DNA of 63,132 nucleotides, counting the filler, from Welwitschia mirabilis (lineage: Eukaryota), in NCBI GenBank assembly GCA_051453625.1. It is 5 parts of one record of this genome, joined end to end, with 100 filler letters (N's around TTAATTAATTAA, not from the genome) between each part and the next. Parts side by side here need not be neighbours in the genome. Positions count along the whole stretch, not along the records: positions 1 to 26,923 come from JBOZIK010000001.1; 4 more parts are not named here. One strand, written 5' to 3'. Positions 1 through 12,639 of this stretch are shown here, one piece after another. The position numbers and the translations under genes are program-made. The notes beneath the pieces are model-generated. The model did no database searches and was not told where the DNA came from. It saw nothing but the letters and a program-made list of their open reading frames with translations. Position 1 is the stretch's first letter; every line of letters starts with the position of its first letter.

Positions 1-2112
1 TCCTGATAGATAGTGGGACTAGAGGTAATTTCTGCTATCTCTCAATTTTTTGTTAATGGAAAGTTTCTTAGAGTGCTTAATCACACTGTGGTGCATTTGA
101 TTCCCACGAAACCTTCTGCTTCTGCTATAACAGATTATAGGCCTATATCTTATTGCAATGTTCTTTTCAAGATCATATCAAAAATCTTGACTAGGAGATT
201 GTAAAACATTTTGCCTTTAATCATACATAGTAATCAAAGTGCTTTTATTAAAGATAGGCATATACATGATAATATTTTTCTCTGCAATGAATTGATGAGA
301 GGGTATTCAAATAAACATGTATCTNNNNNNNNNNNNNNNNNNNNNNNNNNNNNNNNNNNNNNNNNNNNNNNNNNNNNNNNNNNNNNNNNNNNNNNNNNNN
401 NNNNNNNNNNNNNNNNNNNNNNNNATTTTGCTCTGCCATGAATTGATGAGAGGGTATTCAAATAAACATGTATCTCCTAGATGCACTCTCAAATAGGACC
501 TTTCTAAGGCCTTGATACATTGGCTTGGAAAGCGATTTCTCAGCTATTAAGGGGCATTGGGTTTGCTGATAAATTTATCCATTGGATAGAATGATGTCTC
601 ACTACAATAAAATATTCCATCTCTATTAATGATGGACTGCATGGCTTCGTTGAGGGAGCTAGGGGGCGAAGACAGGATGACCACCTATCCCCATACTTAT
701 TGTAATGGAATACCTGAACAGAACACTAAAAACCTGGAGTGCAAATCCCAACTTTAACTTTTATCCAAAATGTGAACGATTAGGCATTATTCATCTTGCT
801 TTTGCAGATGATGTAATGCTTTTTTTTAGAGATGATATTGAATCAATTAGACTATTGAAGGGTGCTCTAAAGCATTTTGGCTATGTGACTGGTTTAAGGT
901 GTAATACACTAAAGTGTGAAGTTTTTTTTGGTTGGGGTATCTGATGCGGATCAGTAACAGATGCTGAAAATGATGGGAGATCAAAGAGGTGTGCTGCCAG
1001 TGAGGTATTTGAGCCTACCATTTACTTCATCCAAGCTTACCAAATAGCAATACAAAGTCCTTATTGCAAAAATCATAGATAGGATCACAACTTAGAATGC
1101 CAAGACCTTGTCTTATCTTGGGAGACTGCAGCTCATCAAGTCAGTCTTGATGGGGATTTAGGCCTTTTGGGCCTAAGTATTTCTTATTTCTAAAGGGGTT
1201 ATGAGGGACATTAGTTATATCTTTAGAAAATTCCTTTGGACTGGAAGTGAACTTCTTAAACATAAACACCTCATTGCTTGGGATGTGATTACAAGAAGCA
1301 ACAGACAAGGGGGTTTGGGGGTCTTAAATATGAAGATCTAGAACATTGTAGCAATCTCCAGATACCTATGGGACATTATGCATGAGAAGGCCACTCTATG
1401 GATCCAATGGATTCATAGCTACTATGTCAAGGGTGCTAGGATATGGCAAATGCAGAGGAAGAGAAGTTATTCTTGGTGGTTTAACCAATTGCTGGAAATT
1501 AGGCCACTAGTCTAGCATCATTTCCAAAAGTTACAAGACAAATTCTGTCTAAGGAAGCTATATAAATTGATGTTACAGCCAAGGGACAAAGTAATTTGGT
1601 GTAAAATAATGTGGAAGTGCTCTCCTTTTCCTAGACATGCCTTTATTAGCTAGGTAGCAGCTCATGGCAAGCTGTTAGTCAAATCTGTCTTGGCCTCTTA
1701 GGGTTTGCAGGTGGATAATATTTGTGCCTTTTGTTTACAACAACATGTGACCATTGATCATTTACTTTTTCATTGTTCTTTTACATAACAACTTTGGTCT
1801 TTTGTCTTTACTTTTCTGAAATTAAATAATAGATGTACAAGTTGGTTTCAACTTTTAGTTTGGTTCTCAAGAAAGTCAAAGGAGGAACATAGTTTGTAAA
1901 GAGATGTAGAAAAGTTTTTTGTGCTATTGTTTATAGTATTTGGAGAGGGAGGAACATTAGAGTATTTCAAAATGTACAAAGAAGGTGGGAGGACATAGGA
2001 AAGGATTTGCTACTGATTGTATAGCCATAATGCTATAGATTCTTCTTTGGGAATGCCTAGAGTACATTGTATTAAGTTCTTTTAGCAGCAATACACTTTT
2101 ATTTGCTACTTT
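1..2112 (+). mobile_element. L1-clade LINE retrotransposon, 3' part of degenerate ORF2 (RT + zf-RVT) and short 3' UTR
   Basis: DYRPISYCNVLFKIISKIL (~133-190), NQSAFIKDR, GARGRRQDDHLSPYL (~655-700), HLAFADD (~793-812), PVRYLSLPF, GGLGV, zinc finger CAFC-x7-H-x4-C (1723-1776), IWRGRNIRVF (~1938-1968). Many stops and frameshifts. Confidence 0.95.
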
Positions 2113-2113
2113 A

Positions 2114-2141
2114 AAGAGAGAAAGAGAGAGAGAGAGAGAGA
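2114..2141 (+). repeat. (GA)n microsatellite at the LINE 3' end
   Basis: aagagagaaagagagagagagagagaga, directly after the LINE 3' UTR. Confidence 0.9.
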
Positions 2142-2229
2142 ATCTTACTTCATTACAAGGAAATAATAGGATCTTTTTAGTTTAGAATAATCAACATAAT
2201 AATAATAGGCCTAAAAGGGTGTTTTCTAA

Positions 2230-2460
2230 ACTAGATATTATTTGAATTCCTGTTTAATAAAAGGAGCTTTAGAATTGCGACTTCCTAATGTATATCATCT
2301 AGATGCACTAAAGCCAAAGTGGTATAATGAGCCTTAACGCCATCAATATAATAGAACTAAAGGCCAATTTATTGAACTACTAGAATTTAAGACATATAAT
2401 TTAAGATATCTTGGAAAATAAAAGAGATGATATAAAACTAAGCATATCTCTTATAGCATC
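2230..2460 (+). pseudogene. Possible Tat/Ogre-type gag fragment
   Basis: Reads LRLPNVYHLDALKPKWYNEP*RHQYNRTKGQFIE, loosely like the Ogre/Tat gag PKWYD..RC.YH...GH..E motif. Heavily decayed. Confidence 0.3.
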
Positions 2461-2674
2461 AAATGAGAAACTTAAAGATTATAAAAATACCTTTTCAAAT
2501 TAAGAAGAAGCAAGTACATCTTACTTACAAAACATAATAGTGGAAATAGATCTAAAGACTTACATGATCTACATGATATAGAAGGATAGTTTTTTAATTC
2601 TGATTGAAATAAATAAGAAAAAATTAAAATAATTGGTTATGCATACTGAAATCCAACACAATGAACTAAATAGA

Positions 2675-4219
2675 TGATTAAGTAAAATTTCAACTGATTT
2701 TTAGTTTATAGACATGCATTTCTTAAAGGTGTTTCTATTTACATGCAAAAATTGACATTCGAAGCAAGTATATTTGATCAATTTAACATAGGTAAAGATA
2801 TTAAAATAATCATTTGATCATAAAATTATGTTTTCTATTTCTTTTATCATCAATTATAAAATTAAGAACTTTCCTATAACATTTTTAGGTTAATGCCTTA
2901 TGAAAGACATCCTACAAAATTGAAAAATTCCACTAGAAAACACCAACACCATCATCTAGGTCATTGATATTACTGGTCATTGAGGGTAGAATGAGTCCAA
3001 AGCTATTTTCTTACATCTTTATGGAAAGTTCATCATGTTTAACTTGTAGGCTTAGTTAGAAATTAAATTAGAAATAATCATCAAACCTTGATGATACATG
3101 GCAAAGTCATAAAGTGATACACTAGAACGACATGTGGTAGTAATAAGTTTAATGACGTGGACGAGACATGGTATAGCATCTAGAGGCAACAACATCATTA
3201 CCCAAGGCTAGGTCATCACTGCTTTTCATAAGAAAACAAATAATTCCTTTTAAAATCTACGTAACAAAATTTGTAACCTCCTGTTAATGTAGCTACCCAA
3301 AATTATAATCCCCTTTATATAACATTCATCAATCACTACTTGCCAAAGATGCCTAAGCATTCTCTCATCTATAAAAGGTCCTTGAGCCCTCATTATGAGA
3401 GACCTTTGGTTAGCAAATGTAGTGGGAATACTTGTAGCAATAGGACATCATGGATTTCTAAGCACTTCCTTTAGGAGTGGACTTGTTACAAGGCTAGTTC
3501 GAGGAGTCTGTTTTAGCTTCATTTTCCTTCTTCAGTGTAATATATTTCCTGATTTAATATAAACATAAGTTATTCATTCTTCAATTTATAGTGTATGTTA
3601 ACATGGTACTTTTAATCCTTAGGTGACTATTTCTTATTTTACTATAAAAGTAGTCATTCATTCTTTGATTTCTGGTGCACATTGACATAGTACTTTTAAT
3701 CCTTAAATGAGACTACATTATTAAGTTCTATCACTATTGAGTGAATTTTGTAAAGTTAACTATTGATTATAGTTGTTATTATGTTATAGATCTTAAGTAC
3801 AATTGTTCTTACTTTTTATGTTCATGGAGGGCTATGAAGGACCAAGTGACTATTGAATTCATCAATACTCATATGGTGAATTAGATTGTGTCATCAAGGC
3901 CAAGTCATCACGACTTCATGATTTGAGCTTATGTTTTAGGATTTACAAGAAAGTGGTAAAGTGAAGATCGGTTATTGGACAAGCCAAGCTAAACCTTGTG
4001 AGCTCATTTGTTACATTGCATCATCGATCAAAGTTCATCAAAATCTTTCAAACTGTTGATTTTACATTTGTTTGATTTTCATTACAAGATTAAAACTATT
4101 ATGTTACTTTTGTTAAGTTTATCATAAATATCCCTATCAAAGAATGAAACTGGGTCCTTCCTTAGTTTATTTCACATTCACATTTTACTACAATGAATAA
4201 TATAATTCAATCACAGATA
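2675..4219 (+). repeat. 5' LTR of element A1 (~1.5 kb)
   Basis: Starts TGAT at the point where homology to the A2 LTR begins; TATAAAA at 3370-3376; terminal CA apparently decayed to TA; followed by a PBS. Confidence 0.65.
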
Positions 4220-4221
4220 GA

Positions 4222-4243
4222 TTTTTTGCATCGTTGTTGATGA
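4222..4243 (+). promoter_or_regulatory. Degenerate Athila-type primer binding site
   Basis: ttttttgcatcgttgttgatga resembles TTTTGGCGCCGTTGCCGGGGA and occupies the same position as the A2 PBS. Confidence 0.55.
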
Positions 4244-5470
4244 CATTGGTACAAGAGCTTTTCAAAAGTTGCATAATTTTTTCTTTCTTATACTTTTTTT
4301 AGTTAGTTTTTAGTTTTCCAATGGTTGGTATTGATCCCTATTTAGTGATAACCAAACNNNNNNNNNNNNNNNNNNNNNNNNNNNNNNNNNNNNNNNNNNN
4401 NNNNNNNNNNNNNNNNNNNNNNNNNNNNNNNNNNNNNNNNNNNNNNNNNNNNNNNNNCAAACTAGTCTTTGTCTTTTTATTTTGAGTGTTATTTAATTTT
4501 TCTTTATTTTTAGTGATAGGTACTGGTCTATTTCCATTGATACTCAAACTTGTCTAGTTTAGGGTTTTATTTAGTTTTTATACTTTAATATAAAACATAT
4601 TTTCACATTTGATATTTTTTGTTGTACATCTAACAATTTTTCTATAGGTTACAACCAAAATGAGAATTGCAAAAGGTAAAATACTAAACTAGAACTTAAT
4701 TTTATGTGCTTTTTGTTTTGTTTTATGCAAGTTTTTTTTCAGCAATCAATTTCTATTTTTGTCCCATTTTTATAATTTTTGTTAAAATTTCTAAAATGAA
4801 AAATACTTAGAATTTATTTTTCCTAGATTTTATTTCGAGTTCTCTGCTATTTCTATTTTTTGTTAAATTTTTTTGCAACCCCATAACTCCAAATGTTTTG
4901 TGTGAATACTATGTGTTTTTAACTCTTTTCTTGAGCTATACCTATTAAACTAACTAGCATCATCACCTTCCTTGACCAATGCCACTAGTGTTTCTATGTA
5001 GAAACCTTCGAGATTTGAAATAAACACTTTGTAAACTATTAAAAACCTATCTGTCATTTAGGTCTTGTGAATTTATTTGAAACTTGCATGCCTTGGATTT
5101 GAGATGAATCAAGTCATCTAATTAGAAATCCTTTTAACAAAAATATGAACCATAACACCAAAAGAAATGAAGAACAGAGAATTCTATCTAAAAACCAACC
5201 TCATGATAATCCCTAAGAAGAATAATCTTTCACTTTCCAATGAAAAAAAACCCAAATATCTAATCTATTTTTGAATGATTTTTTAACAATAATATATCCT
5301 TATTGAACAAACTATATGATTACTAATTAAGTTAGAAAATAGCCCAAAACATTGGCTAAAGTACATCAGAAAATCAATCCAACAACAACTCCCCTATCCA
5401 AACCTTATGTGATTATTTAGAACTTCAATGCTTAGGAACTTGATGGATGGATTGTATTATNNNNNNNNNN

Positions 5471-6393
5471 GTAGAAAGTATCACAAAATATTACAAAAAA
5501 CCATAGAAAATACTAGAAAAGTATAGAAATTATGCCATTATTAACCTGGAATAAGCACACATCATTAAAATAAAAATACATGAAGGCTTATTAAAAAACT
5601 AGTTACGACTTAACCATTTAGTTTAAAATTCATCATCACAATAGTCTTGTGATGAAGTTACTTGACCTAGTTGGGTTATTTAGTAAAACCAAACTACTAT
5701 GTACATATAATGCATCAAGGGGGAATAGAGAAAGAAACAAAACATAACTAAAATCGAGCAGTCTGCTGATCAATACTTATTTCGAATCACTAAAATTATC
5801 CTAGTTTATGTTTAACNNNNNNNNNNNNNNNNNNNNNNNNNNNNNNNNNNNNNNNNNNNNNNNNNNNNNNNNNNATAATGATATTCAAATTCTTTTTATC
5901 TTTTATATTGAAATACCAATTGTACATAAAGTTGAGATAATGAATGTATTCTCCTTTTTCGGTAATACTCTATAATGTAGGAAAGTATTGCTGACACCTT
6001 TTGTAGGTGAGCTAGAGTTTCCTTACTTTACCTCTTTGCCTTATCTATTGCTAGAACTTATGTGCCAAAAAGATCCCCACCTTTGGTGTGATCACATTTT
6101 TATACCCTAGTTAGTTTTTCAGTTCCCTTTCTTTGCTTCTTAGGAATAGGTAAGTGATTGAGGTTGTTATGCTGATTTGATTCTCAACCTTCTCTCTCAT
6201 CTTTATGCCACTTGGAATCCTGTACCTAAAATATAATAACGAAATATATATACTAATCTACTAACCTACTAACCACTAATCTATTTATTAGTAGGCATAA
6301 TTGAAAACATCTATTTGCTAACGAAATATATAATTGAAATAAGAAAAACATTATATTAATAAGCAAATTATTACATAATGTTTAGCTTCATCA
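5471..6393 (-). repeat. 3' LTR of element B1 (family B, ~0.95 kb)
   Basis: Minus strand begins TGATGAAG right after aaccttaagcttggggaaac; shares ttggtatttcaatataa and aactaaatggttaa with 36897-37851. Confidence 0.85.
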
Positions 6394-6410
6394 GTTTCCC
6401 CAAGCTTAAG
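6394..6410 (-). promoter_or_regulatory. Polypurine tract of B1
   Basis: cttaagcttggggaaac immediately before the LTR TG; Athila-type AAGCTTGGGG. Confidence 0.75.
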
Positions 6411-6489
6411 GTTTTGTTAATCCCTTAACAAATAGAGTATTTACAAGAGATAAAGAAAATTGAGAACCTTATTATTTTCCTTTCATTCT

Positions 6490-9400
6490 TTTAAAAATGA
6501 ATGACCACTCCTCACTGAATTATGACTCTTCCTTTTGTTTAGTTGACTGGGGAGACTGTTTTACTTTTTCCAAAGCATGTAAAATTATTTTTTGTTATTC
6601 TTGAAGAGTAGGATCATTTAAATCTATGACTTATGTTTCTACCTACTCTAGAGCTACTTTTCTACCCTAGCCTTTGCCTCATGAAGAACTCTTAGCTTAG
6701 GTGGTTCTCTTCTCTTTCTCTTAGGAGTTGAAAGAGGTTTTGTCTTAGAATTTTGGAGAGCGTGTTCTATTTCTAGAGCTATCCCAATTCATGGTTCTGA
6801 TCTTGAGGTTTTCCCTAGAGGAATTATGTACATCTTTGACAAGCCTTTATGTTCTAACTTTGAAAAAATATCCACAAATGTGCCTCTTAACATAGTCATG
6901 TTTTGAACAATTAATCTCTAAAAAAACATAACTGCTGAAAATCCTGAGAGGACATTGAAAAAACTTTAATATCTAATTTACATTATTCCAAAATTCTATA
7001 AAATTTTGTTGTTGTATCAACCAAAAAATTCTTAAGTTCCCTCTTAGGGACTCCTAGTCCTTTTATGACAATTTCTCTTCGTAACTCTTTAATATCCTTT
7101 TTAAACTTGTTAAAAGTGTGCATCAGCTTTGACCAATCTTTAGAATTTTTCGGAATAACATTTTTCAAATGTTTTTTGNNNNNNNNNNNNNNNNNNNNNN
7201 NNNNNNNNNNNNNNNNNNNNNNNNNNNNNNNNNNNNNNNNNNNNNNNNNNNNNNNNNNNNNNNNNNNNNNNNNNNNNNTTTAGAATTTTTCGAAATAACA
7301 TTTTTCAAATGTTCTTTAAATCTATCAATGAAAATGTATAACTTTTGAGGGCAATAGTAAAGGATGCACAACACGATCAATTCCCTATTCCTGAATCCAA
7401 TTCACTTACCCAATTTTATTTCTATGAGGAAAAGCTCATGGAGCAACCTCATGTTTTCCTTCTTTAAATTTTAAATAATAAGTTGGGTAGCCTCAGGGTT
7501 TATCAGTTCAAAATCCTTCTTTAACTCTGTTTGAGGTTTTCTTTAAGTATCAATAATACTCGATTTTATTTTATCCTCCATCCCACAAGATAGAGTTAAA
7601 GAAGTTAAAGGGATGTTCTAAAGTGATCTCATTGCTCTCTAGATTTCCTTTTTTATTTCTAAAGAAAATTCTTTTATTAAAAAATCAAGTGAAGGCTGAC
7701 TAAAAAATCTTGCTTCTTCCATCTGATTTTTGAGAGCCTTATTCTCTTCTATTAATTGATCCAGGTCTCTCTCATTTGCTCCTAAAATGGAGTGATAGTA
7801 TCCCAAAGAACCTTGGGCTTCATGCCATTTCTAGATATACTATTAGATTTCTACATGAATTTTCATAAAATTATCATCCATTCCTTATAGGTCTACATAA
7901 ATTTTATCTAAGAATTCCCTGTTCAGGGGTAGAGGCCCTTTATTATACATGAAGGTGATAAATTTTTGTTGATGCTTAATATATTCAACATCATACTTTT
8001 TACTTGAAGTCAAATTCTGTAATAGGGATACTAACATGTCTGGCCTTTCTTTCAGAAAATTTTCCATCTCTCCTCTATTTTTGGCAACTGATTCTAATTT
8101 AGTAATGCATTTCTCTTTGTAATTTTTTTCTTACTTCTTTAAAAGATTCAGGAAGCTAAATATCTTTTTCTTGGTTGATGATCTCTTNNNNNNNNNNNNN
8201 NNNNNNNNNNNNNNNNNNNNNNNNNNNNNNNNNNNNNNNNNNNNNNNNNNNNNNNNNNNNNNNNNNNNNNNNNNNNNNNNNNNNNNNNNNNNNNNNNNNN
8301 NNNNNNNNNNNNNNNNNNNNNNNNNNNNNNNNNNNNNNNNNNNNNNNNNNNNNNNNNNNNNNNNNNNNNNNNNNNNNNNNNNNNNNNNNNNNNNNNNNNN
8401 NNNNNNNNNNNNNNNNNNNNNNNNNNNNNNNNNNNNNNNNNNNNNNNNNNNNNNNNNNNNNNNNNNNNNNNNNNNNNNNNNNNNNNNNNNNNNNNNNNNN
8501 NNNNNNNNNNNNNNNNNNNNNNNNNNNNNNNNNNNNNNNNNNNNNNNNNNNNNNNNNNNNNNNNNNNNNNNNNNNNNNNNNNNNNNNNNNNNNNNNNNNN
8601 NNNNNNNNNNNNNNNNNNNNNNNNNNNNNNNNNNNNNNNNNNNNNNNNNNNNNNNNNNNNNNNNNNNNNNNNNNNNNNNNNNNNNNNNNNNNNNNNNNNN
8701 NNNNNNNNNNNNNNNNNNNNNNNNNNNNNNNNNNNNNNNNNNNNNNNNNNNNNNNNNNNNNNNNNNNNNNNNNNNNNNNNNNNNNNNNNNNNNNNNNNNN
8801 NNNNNNNNNNNNNNNNNNNNNNNNNNNNNNNNNNNNNNNNNNNNNNNNNNNNNNNNNNNNNNTTCATCTTTCTTGCCTAAATAAATTTGGATTTCATCTT
8901 TAACTAAATTTAAAGCATTGCAGAGGCTATCCAATTTGTCCTCCTTGAGTGCTTTGGAGAATGGGCTAGACTAAAATGGATGGAAAGGTAAAAGTTTCTC
9001 AAAAGTAAATTAGGTTAGGTCCTATGGTATAGTTGAAGGGGGTAGTAATGAAGGTATACTTTGAGGTATAGAAGAAGATTCTCCTAGGTCTAGCTAGGCT
9101 ATCTTATACCCTAGAGTTTTTAGGAGACTTAACTCCTTAACCCCAAATAAGCTCTGAATGGAGACTTCGACATAAGTTTATTTGGTTGGAATGGAATTTT
9201 ATTTTGTCTAAAATTTTGGTAATCAAGGAAGAAAATTCAAATTCTATAATACCTAAAGCTCCAATTCCAACTTTATTTAATTTGTTAATATGTTTCGCCC
9301 TCCCAAAAAGATTCTTTCTAGAATATGTACATCAGTGTAATTGGTCTTATCCTTCATAGTTGTAATTATATAAAGACTAGATAATGTGATACCCTAATGT

Positions 9401-10045
9401 TTATGAAGAATGAGTACCAAATTACTAGTTACCATTCTAGAAATAATAAAGAATGCTGGATCTATGTCCTTATGGACTAGTATCCATCCCTGAACTACCA
9501 CTCATCCAGTAGATTCATACTTAAATTTTTGTCTTCTATTCTGCTAGTATCGTTTATGGATTTTACTCAGGGTGGTAGATGCAAAATTTATCCAATGTAC
9601 TCTTGGATGATTGTTAGCCACTGGTTTTCCACAAAAGTTTCCAGCTCCNNNNNNNNNNNNNNNNNNNNNNNNNNNNNNNNNNNNNNNNNNNNNNNNNNNN
9701 NNNNNNNNNNNNNNNNNNNNNNNNNNNNNNNNNNNNNNNNNNNNNNNNTGGTTTTCCACAAAAGTTTCCAGCTCCGTTTTGACATTGTTTATTCTTAAAT
9801 TATTGTAAAATTCATCTATAGAATCTAAAGGAAATTTGTCATTCACAGTAAGCCATTCATACCATGCTAGCTCGATGATTCTTTACTTAAACTCCATTAA
9901 GCAGGGATCTTCAAGTACTTGAGTGAAATTTACAGATGAAATGACTCGACATTCTATAAAAAATTTATGCCAGACGAGGGATTAAGCAAGAGAATTACAA
10001 CAAAAGACCTTTAAATAAAACTTGTTTTCTAGTGAGATAAACCAT
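6490..10045 (-). pseudogene. Degenerate env-like / Athila accessory ORF (Transposase_32-like N-terminus, long helical C-terminus)
   Basis: LAWYEWLTVNDKFPLDSIDEFYNNL..ETFVENQWLTIIQEYIG*ILHLP (EFY.NL pattern), Ser/Pro-rich linker ~9000-9100, K/E-rich segments in ORF-track hits 7885-8067 and 6983-7168; C-terminal IDLNDP also present at ~36670. Confidence 0.7.
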
Positions 10046-10313
10046 TATTTAATGCCAAATAAAAAAGTATTACATGCAGTAAAATTATTTAACTTTCTTT
10101 CCAAGTGAAGTTTAGTAAGCTCCTGAATGCAAAAAAGAGAAAAGAATGATACCTAAAATTTTAGCTCTAAGGTTATCAGCCATTATCAAGGAGCTCGAGA
10201 ATACGAAAATAGCTAATATGACAAAGTAAAAATGTAGGGTGGAAGTAAAAATTATTAACCTATTATTTACTTTAAATAGGTAAAATTTATACTTACTATT
10301 ACATTAAATTCAC

Positions 10314-10873
10314 ATGATTGTCTAGTAAAGAAAAAATCTCATCATAGAGAAAATAGATTTAATTAGAAATTTACCTACCTTGCTGATATTGGAAAAATTT
10401 GAATGCCAATTTAGTAAGATGAAAATTAAAAGATTTCGCTCAGTCGAAGTTAGTAATCTGAATGCTAATGTGGTGGAACCGATGTGGTTAATACAACTTA
10501 AATAAGACATGACATGGATTTGATAGCATGACAGGGATCATTGAGCATAGAATGGGTTGTCAAGAATGACGTTAAGTATGACAATGGAGAAACACCTAGT
10601 TATATTTAAGTTGCAATCAATCTCTGCAATACTAGATTCGATGAGAATCATCAAGAACTCAAGATTTTTAAATTGGAGTCATCAAATCCATTATAGAGGT
10701 GATCTAAAGAGTTTGAAGGTGTTCTCGATGGGGTCCTTTAAGTTCTTAACATTGTTATCGAGAGAACAAGTAAAAATGAAAGAATAAAGTTATCATATGA
10801 GAGTTATAAAGGGAAGTTAAGGGAGGTTGCCAAGAATGAGTCTCTCCTTTACAAAAGCAAGTTCATGGATTAA
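10314..10873 (+). pseudogene. Putative antisense accessory ORF 1 within B1, product unknown
   Basis: ATG at 10314; RKNLIIEKIDLIRNLPTLLILEKFECQF...VVEPMWLIQLK, one frameshift near 10530, then SLSIEWVVKNDVKYDNGETPSY...KFMD* with few stops. Confidence 0.45.
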
Positions 10874-10879
10874 GTTGGC

Positions 10880-11380
10880 TTGAAATATAGTCCAAAGCTT
10901 TGGCTTTAGGCTGGTATCAGTCAACTGCTAAGACTTGCTAGTTGAGAGTTAGGCTTAAAATCAGATTTAAAGTTTTAACTTCTAAGTAGCATCATACTAG
11001 ACACTTCTATGTTTTTCATTACAGGAAAGAAAATACTGGGATTAACTTGAAATCTAATTCAAAGTTTCGACTTTAAGTTGGTGGTAGTCAATCACGGTAT
11101 AAATATCTAAATGTAGGTTCTAAAAAAAGATAAATGATTTTGGGTATGAAATCTAACTCNNNNNNNNNNNNNNNNNNNNNNNNNNNNNNNNNNNNNNNNN
11201 NNNNNNNNNNNNNNNNNNNNNNNNNNNNNNNNNNNNNNNNNNNNNNNNNNNNNNNNNNNATCTAACTCAAAGTTTCAACTTTGAGTTGGTGTTAGCCCAA
11301 AAATTTTATTTTATTTTTTTAAAACTAGCTTAAAATATTACCTAAAGTTTTGTCTTTAGATTAGTATTAGTCAGCCAAGC
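10880..11380. repeat. Degenerate tandem repeat, ~5 units spaced roughly 75-100 bp
   Basis: Core tgaaatctaa(c/t)tcaaagttt(c)(a/g)actttnagttggt at ~10881, 10957, 11048, 11147/11260 and 11330. Confidence 0.65.
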
Positions 11381-11961
11381 AATATTCCTTTAGTTTCAAA
11401 ATTCAATTTGTGATGGCATCCTGCTAGAAAAAAATGTTGGTAATTCTTTTTTTATCCTATAAAATAAGATAAAAGAAAATAATTTTTATGTTTTTAGATA
11501 TAGCTAAATTATTTTCTTTTAATAACAAGACATTCACAAGGTTCACGATAATTGTTAATGATGTAGCTTTTGAAAGTAAGATTTGATGGGTTCCTGTAGT
11601 GGCATGAAGCTTAGGAAATTCAATTTTATCATAAATTAATATAAAGTTATGATTTTAGGTTAAATCTTGATTAGTTTAAGATCCCTTGATCCTAGATCTG
11701 CTTGAAGATAGATGCTAATACTTAGCATACTTCAACTATTAGAAAAATAATTATATCATTTATTTAATTTTTTACTTAAAACTTAAACACATATATACTT
11801 GATAACTTACATGAGTTACACTTGTCAGATAAGAGGATAAAGTTTGGAATATAAATTACACCCTTTCCCTACTTGATCACTTATCACTTTCCATCTGAGC
11901 TTAGGAATTCCCTTTACTGAATTTCTCTTTACTTTTCATCTTCCTTCTTACCTCAATTTTC

Positions 11962-12639
11962 ATGGCTTAAACTCCTCATTCTTCTCCTACTGCTACTTGT
12001 AATATTAAAAAGGTAAAGTGATGCCTTTTTAACTTGTATAGTACATAGATAGATATGTACATAAGTACTATAAATCCTTAATCTCTTCCACTTTCCATTA
12101 GATCTAAAAATACAGTCCAAAAATTACCATACTATGATTATAGTTCAACTGCTGAGGTCTTAGATGCTTTAGATTCCATCATCACTAAAGTTGATAAAGA
12201 CCATTTTTGACATAGTTTTAACCCTCTTACCCTTGGTTCATTAGTTTACCACCTAGTGGGTAAGTATTTGAAGCTGAGAATTCAGAAGTTGCATCATCAG
12301 CTCAGTTATAATGAGTTGACTTGTGATATATATCTAGGTCAACTAGCTTGGTAGATGCAAGTATTAGAAAAGAAAGTTAACCAGCTTCAAGGCATCAATC
12401 CTATCCTAAGCCTTATCACACTAAGCTTTGATAAGGAGAATGTAGAGATCAAGCCTTATTGAAATATTTGGCTATTCCAACCAGAGAAATTAATCTGTTG
12501 GCTTAATCATTAGGTGAAATGCATTTACTGCCTTGAGGTAAGAATTCTACAGGATCACCATCAATGACTAGGTGTTCCCACTGAAAGAACAAGTTCTCTG
12601 GCCACTATAAGAATTAAGTTTAAGAAGTTTATTTCTTGA
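11962..12639 (+). pseudogene. Putative antisense accessory ORF 2 within B1 (~225 codons), product unknown
   Basis: ATGGCT start; a single frame with no frameshift and 9 internal stops: ...KLPYYDYSSTAEVLDALDSIITKVDKDHF*HSFNPLTLGSLVYHLVGKYLKLRIQKLHHQLSY...; TATAAAT at ~11850 and pyrimidine-rich leader upstream; AT-rich AATAAA region downstream. Confidence 0.5.

Larger units (their letters stand above)
2675..5460 (+). mobile_element. Athila-like gypsy element A1: 5' LTR, PBS, 5' UTR and start of gag (truncated at gap)
   Basis: Collinear with the reverse complement of ~55250-58119, e.g. atggttggtattgatcc, ctataaaagg.ccttgagccctcatt, aaaaattgac, and the region leading into gag (~5120-5220 vs ~55420-55510). 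Confidence 0.8.

Noticed and set aside
281-475. Short direct repeats flanking 100-N gaps (also ~7140/7279, 9622/9749, 13128/13292, 25391/25521, 34001/34800, 48830/49316, 54135/54295, 61552/61682)
   Set aside because: Near-identical sequence on both sides of fixed-size gaps indicates unmerged contig overlaps or haplotypes
10880-11380. CRISPR-like repeat-spacer array
   Set aside because: Plant retroelement context, degenerate repeats, irregular spacing and no cas genes
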